Origin: Burkholderiales bacterium
GTDB taxonomy: Bacteria > Pseudomonadota > Gammaproteobacteria > Burkholderiales > SG8-39
Direction: 5' to 3'
DNA length: 64,000 nt
Assembly (NCBI GenBank): GCA_035577785.1
Contig: DATLUZ010000052.1
Span: 1,380 to 65,379, forward strand
The translations under genes and the position numbers were made by a program. Numbering within the stretch: the stretch's first letter is position 1; every line of letters starts with the position of its first letter. Below are positions 44,925-53,246 of the stretch, one piece after another. The notes beneath the pieces are model-generated. The model was not told the DNA's origin. It ran no database searches and saw nothing but the letters and a program-made list of their open reading frames with translations.

Positions 44925-46061
44925 TCAGCTCCGTAGGGCAGCCGCGGGCGCCCGGCGCAAGGTGCGCGACATCCAGTGCAGGAGGGGCAGCGACGAAACC
45001 ATGAGGTCGCCCGCGGCGCGGCCGGTGGTGGTAACGAGGTCGGCGAGCCGGCGCCGGTCCACCCACAGCCGGTTGGCCATGAAGTGGTCGGGGTCGGCGC
45101 AGGAGTCCATCCAGCGCAGCTCGGGCCGCGCGTGGAAGCGGCGGATGTTTTCGAGCTCGAGGAGCGTGCCGGGCGAGAAACGGGCGTACTCCTCGTCGTA
45201 GGCGATCTTGAAGGCAAAGGAGCCCTCGCCGCTCAGGAAGTTGCATTTCAATGCGATCCACCTTCCCGCGAGCCGCAGGCCGAGCATCATCAGCCGGCCC
45301 TGCCGCGCCGCAGCGCGGGCCGCGCGCGTGAAGAACGTGCGCCCCGAGTCGCTCGAGCCGAGGGCGCTCGCGTTGCGCCCTTTCCAGCCGCGCGCTTCGA
45401 GCTCGATGAAATCCGCGATCCAGGGCTCGGCCTCTTCGGGCCGCTGCAGCTCAGCGTATTCAAGCTTGCCCGCTTCGGCGAGCCGCCGCTCGAGGCGCCG
45501 CAATTCCTTCGCGCCCTTGCCCGACACCGCTTCGCTCAGGAAGGCCTCGCTGCCGCCGCGCGGCCGCATCACCGCGCGCTCGAACCGGTAGGGCACGAAA
45601 CTGCGCCGCCCGCTTTCCGCGAGCGCTTCGGCGAGCTCGCGCCAGAACGGGCCGTCGGCGGCGACCGAGCCCCATTTGATCGCCGCAGCGCCTTGCGCAT
45701 CGGCCTCGAGCCAGTCGAGAAAGGCGTCGAGGCAGGCGCGCGCGTGTGTCGCGCGCACGAGCGGCGTGCCGAGAAAGCAGTGCTTGTACTGCCAGAGCCG
45801 CAGGTGGGAAAACGGCAGCCCGCTGTAGCGCGCGACGCGCTCGAGCGGAAACAGGCCGCAGAGGAGCGGCCGAGCGCCGCCGTGGTCGGCGTAAGCCAGC
45901 ACGTACCGAAGATTCGCGTCCCGGCCGAAGACGTCGATCGCGGGGAGCATCATCCAGGGCTCGTGGAACACGTTCGGCTCGAGCGCTGCGGCCGCGAGGT
46001 CGTTCCAGGCCGCCAAGTGGCTGGCGAGCGTCGCGGGATGATCGAGAACCGTGATGCGCAT
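44925..46061 (-). CDS. GNAT-fold acyltransferase of the CelD/BcsL (FemAB-like) type
   Basis: 378 aa. The C-terminal half (ELEARGWKGRNASALGSSDSGRTFF...LRLAGRWIALKCNF...FKIAYDEEYARFSPGTLL) resembles CelD-like GNAT proteins. Assigned by eye. Confidence 0.7.
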   Translation of the reverse strand: MRITVLDHPATLASHLAAWNDLAAAALEPNVFHEPWMMLPAIDVFGRDANLRYVLAYADHGGARPLLCGLFPLERVARYSGLPFSHLRLWQYKHCFLGTPLVRATHARACLDAFLDWLEADAQGAAAIKWGSVAADGPFWRELAEALAESGRRSFVPYRFERAVMRPRGGSEAFLSEAVSGKGAKELRRLERRLAEAGKLEYAELQRPEEAEPWIADFIELEARGWKGRNASALGSSDSGRTFFTRAARAAARQGRLMMLGLRLAGRWIALKCNFLSGEGSFAFKIAYDEEYARFSPGTLLELENIRRFHARPELRWMDSCADPDHFMANRLWVDRRRLADLVTTTGRAAGDLMVSSLPLLHWMSRTLRRAPAAALRS

Positions 46062-46197
46062 GGATTTCAACTTGGACGTTCGGCATTTTCGTGATCCGCA
46101 TGGCGTGTCGCCACCGCCCGGCATGATCCGAGCAGATATGGGCCGCTTGGCACTCGGCTTGCTTCGATCCTTCCTTTACGACCCAAGGAGGTGCGCC

Positions 46198-46593
46198 ATG
46201 GCCAAGACCGTCATCGGGCTGTTCGACAATCTCAGCGCGGCCCAAGCCGTACTGCGCGAGCTCGCGGAAAACGGCATCGCCGAGCACGACATCGGCTTCA
46301 TGGCCGACCAGGGGCATGGCGTACCAGGCACCGCTCAGCTTAACGAAAGCGAAGGCGAAGGCGCGGACGACGCCCTGGGCATCGTCATCACCGTCGCCGC
46401 GGACGAGCCCGGACTGGCGGCTCGGGCGCACGCCATCCTGGAGCGCCACGGCGCTTTGGACATCGACGAGCGCGACGCGGAATGGAAGAAGCAGGGCTGG
46501 AAGGGTCGCTTCGAAACCGAGGGCTACGGCGGGCCCGAGCGGCGGGCGAACAACACGCCCTGGCTCGGCCCCGAGCGGCGCAAGGCCGCCTAG
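46198..46593 (+). CDS. small general-stress-like protein (YflT/GsiB-type N-terminal domain)
   Basis: RBS AGGAGG before ATG 46198. VIGLFDNLSAAQAVLRELAENGIAEHDI is typical of this small stress-protein domain. C-terminal duplicated GPERR motif. Confidence 0.6.
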   Translation: MAKTVIGLFDNLSAAQAVLRELAENGIAEHDIGFMADQGHGVPGTAQLNESEGEGADDALGIVITVAADEPGLAARAHAILERHGALDIDERDAEWKKQGWKGRFETEGYGGPERRANNTPWLGPERRKAA

Positions 46594-47465
46594 GCGCCGG
46601 CCAGCCGCCCCGGCAGCAGCTTCCTGACGAAGGCGCTGGGCTTCCTGCGGTAGACGCGTCGCGCCAGCTTCAAGGCCTTCTTCTGCAGCTTGGCCCGGCG
46701 CGCCTCGATGTGCGCGACGAGCTTGCGCTCGGCCTTCGATTGCAACGGCAGCGCCAGGATTTTTGCCTCCAGCGCCGCCAGGTCATGATCATCGCCGAGG
46801 CGGTCGGCAACCTTCGCTGCCCGCTTCGAGAGCTTCTTCAGGCGTCGGGATCCGCCGTCGGCGGCGATTGCGAGCGCCTGTTGAAGGTACTTCACCTGCT
46901 TGCGCGATTCGTGGAGCGATTTGGCGGAGCCTTCCGAGCGGGCGTTCTTCAGCGTCTTGCGTCCCTTGCGGTAGACGCGCTCGAACCCCGCGCGCAGGAG
47001 CGGCGCGTCGTGGAGCGGGAAGCGCCAGTATTCGGCGCGCTCGCCGGCGTCCTGCAGGGAATATTCGATCGCGGCGAGCCTTTTCCCGCCGAGCAATCGC
47101 AGCCGCGCGCGGCTGCGTTCCTCTCGCAGCGTGCGTCGCACCTCCAGGAGCATCGCGCGGCGCGCGGGCTTCTTCTCCCGCTCGAGCAGCTCGCGCACCA
47201 CCTCGAGCCCGACGGCGGCATCGCGCACGCCGGAGAGCGGGCGCGCCGCGTCGCGCAGCTCCACGTTTTCCTGGCTGTAGGCCGCATCGCCGACCGTGTC
47301 GCGCAGCAGGCGCAACGCCGCACGCGCCCGCTTGAGGTCTTTTCGCACCTGGTGCATCGCCGCGTCGTTCGGCGGGCGCCGTTCCCAGAGGGCCTGCAAC
47401 GCGTCGGCGATCTCGTCGCAGAGCGCGCCGCGCACCGCGCCGCTATTCGGCTTCATCGGGCGCAC
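46590..47465 (-). CDS. CHAD-domain protein
   Basis: All-helical with recurring His/Arg/Lys motifs typical of CHAD (MHQVRKDLKRARAALRLL, LHESRKQVKYLQQAL). Start overlaps the ParB-like gene 3' end. Alternative start 47456. Confidence 0.75.
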   Translation of the reverse strand: MRPMKPNSGAVRGALCDEIADALQALWERRPPNDAAMHQVRKDLKRARAALRLLRDTVGDAAYSQENVELRDAARPLSGVRDAAVGLEVVRELLEREKKPARRAMLLEVRRTLREERSRARLRLLGGKRLAAIEYSLQDAGERAEYWRFPLHDAPLLRAGFERVYRKGRKTLKNARSEGSAKSLHESRKQVKYLQQALAIAADGGSRRLKKLSKRAAKVADRLGDDHDLAALEAKILALPLQSKAERKLVAHIEARRAKLQKKALKLARRVYRRKPSAFVRKLLPGRLAGA

Positions 47466-48423
47466 CGCCGACGCCGGCGAGGTCCTCCTGCTTGACCTTG
47501 TCGGTGTTGAACTTGCCGGCGCGCTCGCGCATCGTCTTCAGCACGTCCTCGAGCGGCGGCGGCTCGCCCTGCATCCAGCGCAGGGGGTTGATGCGCGCGA
47601 TGACGAACGCGCGCAGGTAGGGGCTCACGAATCCGCGCGCCTTGAGCTTGCCGATCACGGCCGCCACGCGTTCGTCGAGATCCATGAGCATATCGGCGTG
47701 CTTCTCGTGATCCTTCACGGCCCTGGAGAGCGGTTGGTCGGAAAACTTCTCCAGGCGGCGTACTACCGGGTTGTAGGCGCCGCCGGCGAACTTGCCGTTG
47801 CGCTCGTAGCACATGCCCATCGTGACGAACGCAGCCTCCTCGAGGTAGTACGCGAACTGCGTCTCCGGGCGCTTCGCGTCCTCGTCGATGAGGCCGCGGT
47901 AGATCCGGATCACCTCGAGCGATTTCTCCCGCAGGTTGTGCGCCTTCTCGGTGTTCAGGGCGAGGATCTGCCAGGCGATCTCACGCTTCGGCACCACGAG
48001 GGCGGTAATCGAGCGTGCGCCGAGCCTGCGCATCGCCATGAGGCGGTGCATCCCGTTGGGAGTCCAGAAACCCTTGTCGGGCGCAGTGACCGCGATGATC
48101 GGATCGAGAAACATTCCAGTGCGATCTAGAACGTCGGCGAGGCGGCGGTGGTGGGCCTGCGACAGGTCCCGCTGGAAAGGGGTCGGCTCGACGCTCTCGA
48201 GCGGCAGGATGGCCACCAGCACCGGCTCGCGCCCCAGCGGATCCTGGTAGGAGCCGAGAAGCTGGCCGCCGACGCTTTCCACCCGCCGCGCCGCCTCTTC
48301 GGCCGCGCCACTCAGGTTCTCGAGCCGTGACTCGGCGGGTGTTAACCCCCGCGTTGCGGCTTTCGCCTTCCTTGGCCGGCGCTTCGCCGGCGCGCGCTTC
48401 AGTCCCGATTTCGCTTTCGCCAT
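47443..48423 (-). CDS. ParB/sulfiredoxin-fold N-terminal-domain protein with a Lys/Arg-rich N-terminal tail
   Basis: ILPLESVEPTPFQRDLSQAHHRRL...PNGMHRLMAMRRLG resembles the ParB-like nuclease/NTPase domain. N-terminus MAKAKSGLKRAPAKRRPRKAKAATRG. Start at ATG 48423. Confidence 0.75.
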   Translation of the reverse strand: MAKAKSGLKRAPAKRRPRKAKAATRGLTPAESRLENLSGAAEEAARRVESVGGQLLGSYQDPLGREPVLVAILPLESVEPTPFQRDLSQAHHRRLADVLDRTGMFLDPIIAVTAPDKGFWTPNGMHRLMAMRRLGARSITALVVPKREIAWQILALNTEKAHNLREKSLEVIRIYRGLIDEDAKRPETQFAYYLEEAAFVTMGMCYERNGKFAGGAYNPVVRRLEKFSDQPLSRAVKDHEKHADMLMDLDERVAAVIGKLKARGFVSPYLRAFVIARINPLRWMQGEPPPLEDVLKTMRERAGKFNTDKVKQEDLAGVGGAPDEAE

Positions 48424-48713
48424 GCGCGATTGTAGTAACAACTTTACGGAGGACGCGGCGCATTGACGCATTGACGCCACGCGGTTGAACGATGCCAAAT
48501 GCCAAACTACCGTCAACCCGGTTCATCGGCTCGTAACACACCGCAGCGTACACTGAAGACGCATGGCTTCATTGCGGCAATGGTTCAGGCACCAGCGTCT
48601 CCAGCTCGGCGAATGGCTCTACTGGCGGCGGCAAGCCGAGGTGCGCACAAGAAAAGCCGGCCTTTCAGCCCGCTCTCCGGTACATAGAGCTTCCAAGGCG
48701 CGCTAGCCGAGGG

Positions 48714-49835
48714 TTAGCGCAGCGAGGCGAAGAACTCGACGATCTCGCGCGCGAGGAGTTCCGGCTGCTCGAGCGCCGCGAAATGGCCGCCGCGCGGCAT
48801 CGTCGTCCAGCGGCGGATGTCGGTGTAGGTGCGCGCCGCGAGCGAGCGCGGCGGCCGCAGGATCTCCCTCGGGAAGGCCGCGTAGCCGGTGGGGACGTCG
48901 ACCGTCTTGCCTTCCGGGATCGGCCACGGGCCGTGCATGCGCGCGTAGTACGGCCAGAACGACGAGCCGATCGCGCCCGTAAACCAGTAGAGCGAGACGT
49001 TGGCGAGGAGATCGTCGCGGCTCACCGCGTTCTCGATCACGCCGCTGCAGTCGCTCCACTTCCAGAACTTTTCCGCGATCCAGGCGGCGAGCCCGGCTGG
49101 CGAGTCGGTGAGCGCATAAGCGAGCGTCTGCGGCTTGGTGCCCTGGATCCACTGGTAGCCGGTTTCCTCCTTCAGGAAATGCGCGAGCTCCGCCAGGTAA
49201 GCGGCTTCTTCTTCATTTTGGTGAGGAATCTTCGGGTCACGCCGCACGGCGAGCAGATTCAGATGGATGCCGATCAACTTCTCGGGGTGGCGCCAGCCGA
49301 GGACCGAGCTGACGAACGCACCCCAGTCGCCGCCCTGCGCGGCGAACCGCCGGTAGCCGAGCACGTCCGTCATGAGCTCGCCGAAGAGGTCCGCAATGTC
49401 CTCGACCGCGAAGCGCTTCTGTCCCGGGCGGAACGAAAGCGCGTAGCCCGGGAGCGAAGGCGCCACCACCGTGAAGCGCTCGGTGAGGAGCGGGATCAGG
49501 CGGCGGAACTCCACGATCGATCCGGGCCAGCCGTGCGACAGGAGGAGCGGGATCGGCTGCGGCCCGCGGCCGGGCTCATGGATGAAGTGAAGCTCGATCC
49601 CGCCGAGCGGTACGGTGAACTGGCGCAAGCCGTTGAGGCTCGCTTCCTGCGCTCGCCAGTCGAACCCGGTGCGCCAGTAGGCGACGAGCTCCTCCATGTA
49701 CGCGCGGCTGGTGCCTGTCGACCAGCGCTCGAGCGGCGGCTCGTCCGGCAAGCGAGTGCGCGCGAGGCGCCCGCGCAGGTCCTCGAGCGCGGCTTCGGGG
49801 ATGTTCAGGCGAAATGGCCGAGTTTCGCGGCTCAT
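48714..49835 (-). CDS. epoxide hydrolase (microsomal EH-like, alpha/beta fold with N-terminal EH domain)
   Basis: FRLNIPEAALEDLRGRLARTR...HGWPGSIVEF and the GGDWGA nucleophile region. Confidence 0.88.
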   Translation of the reverse strand: MSRETRPFRLNIPEAALEDLRGRLARTRLPDEPPLERWSTGTSRAYMEELVAYWRTGFDWRAQEASLNGLRQFTVPLGGIELHFIHEPGRGPQPIPLLLSHGWPGSIVEFRRLIPLLTERFTVVAPSLPGYALSFRPGQKRFAVEDIADLFGELMTDVLGYRRFAAQGGDWGAFVSSVLGWRHPEKLIGIHLNLLAVRRDPKIPHQNEEEAAYLAELAHFLKEETGYQWIQGTKPQTLAYALTDSPAGLAAWIAEKFWKWSDCSGVIENAVSRDDLLANVSLYWFTGAIGSSFWPYYARMHGPWPIPEGKTVDVPTGYAAFPREILRPPRSLAARTYTDIRRWTTMPRGGHFAALEQPELLAREIVEFFASLR

Positions 49836-49878
49836 GAGTCCCTCGTTTCTCCTTTAGTATGTTCCTAAAGGAGAGCTC

Positions 49879-50493
49879 ATGATCGACCTCTACGCTGCGG
49901 CGACCTCGAACAGCATGCGCGCCAGGATGGCGCTCGAGGAATGCGGCCTCGCTTACACCTTCCACCCTGTCGCGCTCGAGAAGGGCGAGCACAAGACGCC
50001 GCAATTCCTGGCGCTGAACCCGAACGCGCAGGTGCCGGTGGTCGTGGATCACGAAGGCCCGGGCGGCAAGCCGATCACGCTGTCCCAGTCGACCGCGATC
50101 CTGATCTACTGCGCCGAAAAGTCCGGCAAGCTCATGCCCAAGGACGGCGCCGCGCGCGCGGCGATGTGGCAGGCGCTGATGAGCGGCTCGACCGACATCA
50201 CGCCCCAGATCGGCTCGATCTTCGCGGTGCAGCGCTCCAAGGAGCCGCACGCGCCGACCGCGAAGATGTTCAAGGACCGCTTCCGCGAGTACTTCAAGGT
50301 CTGGGACGCCGCGCTGGCCAGCCGGAAGTACGCCGCCGGCGCCGGGATGACGATCGCCGACATCTCGCTCTACGCGGGGTGGGTCCGCGCCAAGGGCGCT
50401 CTACCCGACCTGTGCGAAGGACTGCCGAACCTCGAGCGCTGGGCGATGGAGATGGCCGCGCGCCCGGCGATGCAGCGCGCGACGAAATTCTGA
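49879..50493 (+). CDS. glutathione S-transferase
   Basis: N-terminal thioredoxin-like GST domain (IDLYAAATSNSMRARMALEE...LALNPNAQVPVVVD) and a helical C-terminal domain. Confidence 0.88.
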   Translation: MIDLYAAATSNSMRARMALEECGLAYTFHPVALEKGEHKTPQFLALNPNAQVPVVVDHEGPGGKPITLSQSTAILIYCAEKSGKLMPKDGAARAAMWQALMSGSTDITPQIGSIFAVQRSKEPHAPTAKMFKDRFREYFKVWDAALASRKYAAGAGMTIADISLYAGWVRAKGALPDLCEGLPNLERWAMEMAARPAMQRATKF

Positions 50494-50498
50494 CGCCC

Positions 50499-51383
50499 TC
50501 AGTTCCGTTCCGGTGCCAGCGGGATCCGCGGCAGCCAGGAGAGCCACTCGTCCTTCGGCTTGTCGTACAGGAAGAACACCGTGCCGGGCTTGGCGCGCGG
50601 CGCCTTTTCGCTCGGGGTCGCGAACTCGATGCCGCCGGTGGCGATGGCGCGCAACGATTCGATGTCGACATCGATTCCCTTGAGCAGGCTGCCGTGCACG
50701 TTGACTCCGCTCGTGTCCCAGAACGCCGAGCCCTGGCGCACGAGGCCGGCGTAGCGCTCGTAGATGAGCACGTGCACGTCCGCCGAGGTGGCGTTCGGGG
50801 CGAGATCGACGTTCTGCACCACGCCGACCTCGACGCCGCGGTAGTGCACCGGCGTGTTGGCGCGGATCGAGCGCGGCCGCTCGGCGCGCAGCACGATCTT
50901 GAGCCCAAGCATGCCGAGACCCACCGGAGCGGAATCGAGCCCGGCGAATTCGTACGCCTTGGGCGCGTCCTCGTTCCTCGGCGGCAGCACCTGGATCTCC
51001 GGCCCGGTCAGCACGGTGTTGAGTCCCTGCACGTTGCCCAAGCCCACCTGCGGCCGCACGATCCAGAAGGTTGCCCCCTCGCGCGCGACCGCGTTCGCTG
51101 CGTCGCGCTGCAGGCGCGTGCGCACAAGGACATGCTTGTGATCGCGGCTGAGCCCCACCCCGCTCACCTCGCCGATGACCACGCCGCGGTACTTCACCGG
51201 CGTGACGCCGACCCGCAGGCCGCCGCCGTCGCTGAAGCTGATGGTGACCTCGGGGCCGCGCTCCTGATAGCGCTGCCAGATGAGCCAGCCGGCGACCGCC
51301 GCCGCGACGAGCGGAACGAGCCAGGCGAAATTGAACAGCCGGCGCCGGCGCAGCCGCGCCTTCGGCAGCTCTTCGCCGGTCAC
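50499..51383 (-). CDS. MCE-domain protein (PqiB/MlaD family), two MCE domains
   Basis: N-terminal TM (FNFAWLVPLVAAAVAGWLIW), then two MCE-like repeats (GLRVGVTPVKYRGVVIGEV, IRANTPVHYRGVEVGVV). ATGA-type overlap with the upstream gene. Confidence 0.8.
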   Translation of the reverse strand: MTGEELPKARLRRRRLFNFAWLVPLVAAAVAGWLIWQRYQERGPEVTISFSDGGGLRVGVTPVKYRGVVIGEVSGVGLSRDHKHVLVRTRLQRDAANAVAREGATFWIVRPQVGLGNVQGLNTVLTGPEIQVLPPRNEDAPKAYEFAGLDSAPVGLGMLGLKIVLRAERPRSIRANTPVHYRGVEVGVVQNVDLAPNATSADVHVLIYERYAGLVRQGSAFWDTSGVNVHGSLLKGIDVDIESLRAIATGGIEFATPSEKAPRAKPGTVFFLYDKPKDEWLSWLPRIPLAPERN

Positions 51384-51985
51384 CTTCGGCGCTCCCAGAT
51401 GGTCTGCGGGTCGAAGCTAGCCGAGGCGAGCATGGTAAGGACCACCACCGCGGTAAAGGCAATGAGCCCCGGCCCGGGCCGGATGGTGGCGATCTGCCCG
51501 AGCTTCACCAGCGCAACGAGGATCGCCAGCAGGAAGACGTCGAGCATCGCCCAAGGGCCGATGACGTCGATGAAGCGATAGATGCGAGTGCGGCCGTGCA
51601 GGCGCCGCCCCACGCCGAAGCGGGCGCTGACGACGAGGTATAGCAGCCCTGCGAGCTTGAGGATCGGGATCACGATGCTGGCCATGAATACGATGAGCGC
51701 GACGAAGTATTGCCGGGTCTGCGCCAGGCTCACTACGCCGTCCCACACCGTGCTCTCGCTGAAGGCGCCATAGAAATGCATGCGCAGGATGGGGTAGATG
51801 TTGGCCGGGATATAGAGGATCAGCGCGGCGATCGCGAGCGCCGCGGTCACTTGCAGGCTGCCGTGCGGTCCTTCACTCACGGTCGAGCCGCAGCGCGGGC
51901 ATTCGGCGCGCTGGCCGCGCGCGGGCGCCTCGACCTGCAGGGTAAGCCCGCAGGTCGGGCAGCGGAGGACCTCCGGCCGGACCAT
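51380..51985 (-). CDS. PqiA-family membrane protein (single PqiA unit)
   Basis: Zinc-ribbon-like CPTCG...CPRCG, then 4 TM segments, as in one half of paraquat-inducible protein A. Start at ATG 51985. Confidence 0.75.
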   Translation of the reverse strand: MVRPEVLRCPTCGLTLQVEAPARGQRAECPRCGSTVSEGPHGSLQVTAALAIAALILYIPANIYPILRMHFYGAFSESTVWDGVVSLAQTRQYFVALIVFMASIVIPILKLAGLLYLVVSARFGVGRRLHGRTRIYRFIDVIGPWAMLDVFLLAILVALVKLGQIATIRPGPGLIAFTAVVVLTMLASASFDPQTIWERRR

Positions 51986-52034
51986 TTCCGTTTTGCAGCA
52001 AATTACAGGCCATGACCACCCCGCCCCAACGACC

Positions 52035-53246
52035 ATGACGGCGCCGCGATCGTTCGCCGCCCTGCGCCAGCCGAGGTTCCGCCTCTTCTTCCTCGGCGTC
52101 GCCTCGGTGATGATGGCCGACGCCATCGAGCACGTGATCAGCTACTGGGTCCTGTTCGAGAAGTTCCATTCGCCCACGCTCGCCGGCTTCGCGATCGTCT
52201 CGCACTGGCTCCCTTTCCTGCTGTTCTCGGTCTACAGCGGGGCCGCGGCCGACCGCCACGACCCGCGCCGCATCATCCAGATCGGGATGGCGCTCTTCAT
52301 GGCGGCCTCGCTCGCCTGGGGCTTCCTCTTCTTCACCGACACGCTGCGGACGTGGCATGCCGCCGTGCTGCTCATCGTGCACGGTTGCGCCGGCGCGACC
52401 TGGGGCCCGTCGGCGCAGGTGCTGATTCACCACATGGTCGAGCCGCAGACCCTGCCGAGCGCGGTGCGGCTCACCGCGACCGCGCGCTGGGCCGGCCTGA
52501 TGCTCGGCCCGGCGCTCGGCGCGCCGTTGCTGCTGCTTCTTGGGCCGACGTACGGCATCCTGGTGAACGCGCTCATTTATCTGCCGTTCATGCTGTGGGT
52601 TCGCACGATCCCGTTCAGCCGCAAGGCGAGCCCGCCGCCGCTGCGCGGCTTCGGCGACGTCGCCGCCGCGGCGCGCGTCGTGGCGGCGAACCGGGTGCTC
52701 GCCTCCATGACGCTGCTCGCCGGCTGCGCTTCGCTGCTGGTGGGCAACGCGTACCATGCGCAGCTGCCGGAATTCGCGCGCGATTTCGGCCACGTCGACG
52801 CCGATATCACGTACAGCCTGCTGTTCGCGGCCGACGCGCTTGGCGCGCTCACCGCCGGCCTGGTGCTCGAGAGCCGCGGCTTGCTGCCGCCTCGGGCGCG
52901 CACCGCGTTCGTCCTGGCGATCCTGTGGTGCCTAGCCATCGGTTCGTTCGCGCTTTCGGCGTCGTACCCGCTCGCGCTCGCGCTCCTCTTCGCCGCCGGC
53001 TTTCTCGAGCTGTCCTTCTACGCCATGGCGCAGACGCTCGTGCAGCTGCACGCGCCGCCCGAAATGCGCGGCCGCGTGATCGGCGTCTTCGTCATGTCCG
53101 CCATGGGGTTGCGCGCGTTCAGCGGGGTGACCGTCGGCGTCGGCGGCAGCCTGATCGGCATCCACGCGTCGCTCGCGATCAGCGCCGGGGTGCTGTTCGC
53201 GCTGCTCGCCTTCGGCTTCGCAATTGCGACAAGATGGCGTTCTTGA
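52035..53246 (+). CDS. MFS transporter
   Basis: About 12 TM segments. N-terminus MTAPRSFAALRQPRFRLFFLG is typical of the EntS-like MFS subgroup. Confidence 0.8.
   Translation: MTAPRSFAALRQPRFRLFFLGVASVMMADAIEHVISYWVLFEKFHSPTLAGFAIVSHWLPFLLFSVYSGAAADRHDPRRIIQIGMALFMAASLAWGFLFFTDTLRTWHAAVLLIVHGCAGATWGPSAQVLIHHMVEPQTLPSAVRLTATARWAGLMLGPALGAPLLLLLGPTYGILVNALIYLPFMLWVRTIPFSRKASPPPLRGFGDVAAAARVVAANRVLASMTLLAGCASLLVGNAYHAQLPEFARDFGHVDADITYSLLFAADALGALTAGLVLESRGLLPPRARTAFVLAILWCLAIGSFALSASYPLALALLFAAGFLELSFYAMAQTLVQLHAPPEMRGRVIGVFVMSAMGLRAFSGVTVGVGGSLIGIHASLAISAGVLFALLAFGFAIATRWRS

Noticed and set aside
46590-46593. Convergent genes sharing stop-codon nucleotides within the palindrome CGCCTAGGCG
   Set aside because: It is real in the sequence, but most simply a coincidence of two TAG stops in a palindromic context. 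There is no evidence of function beyond compact gene packing.
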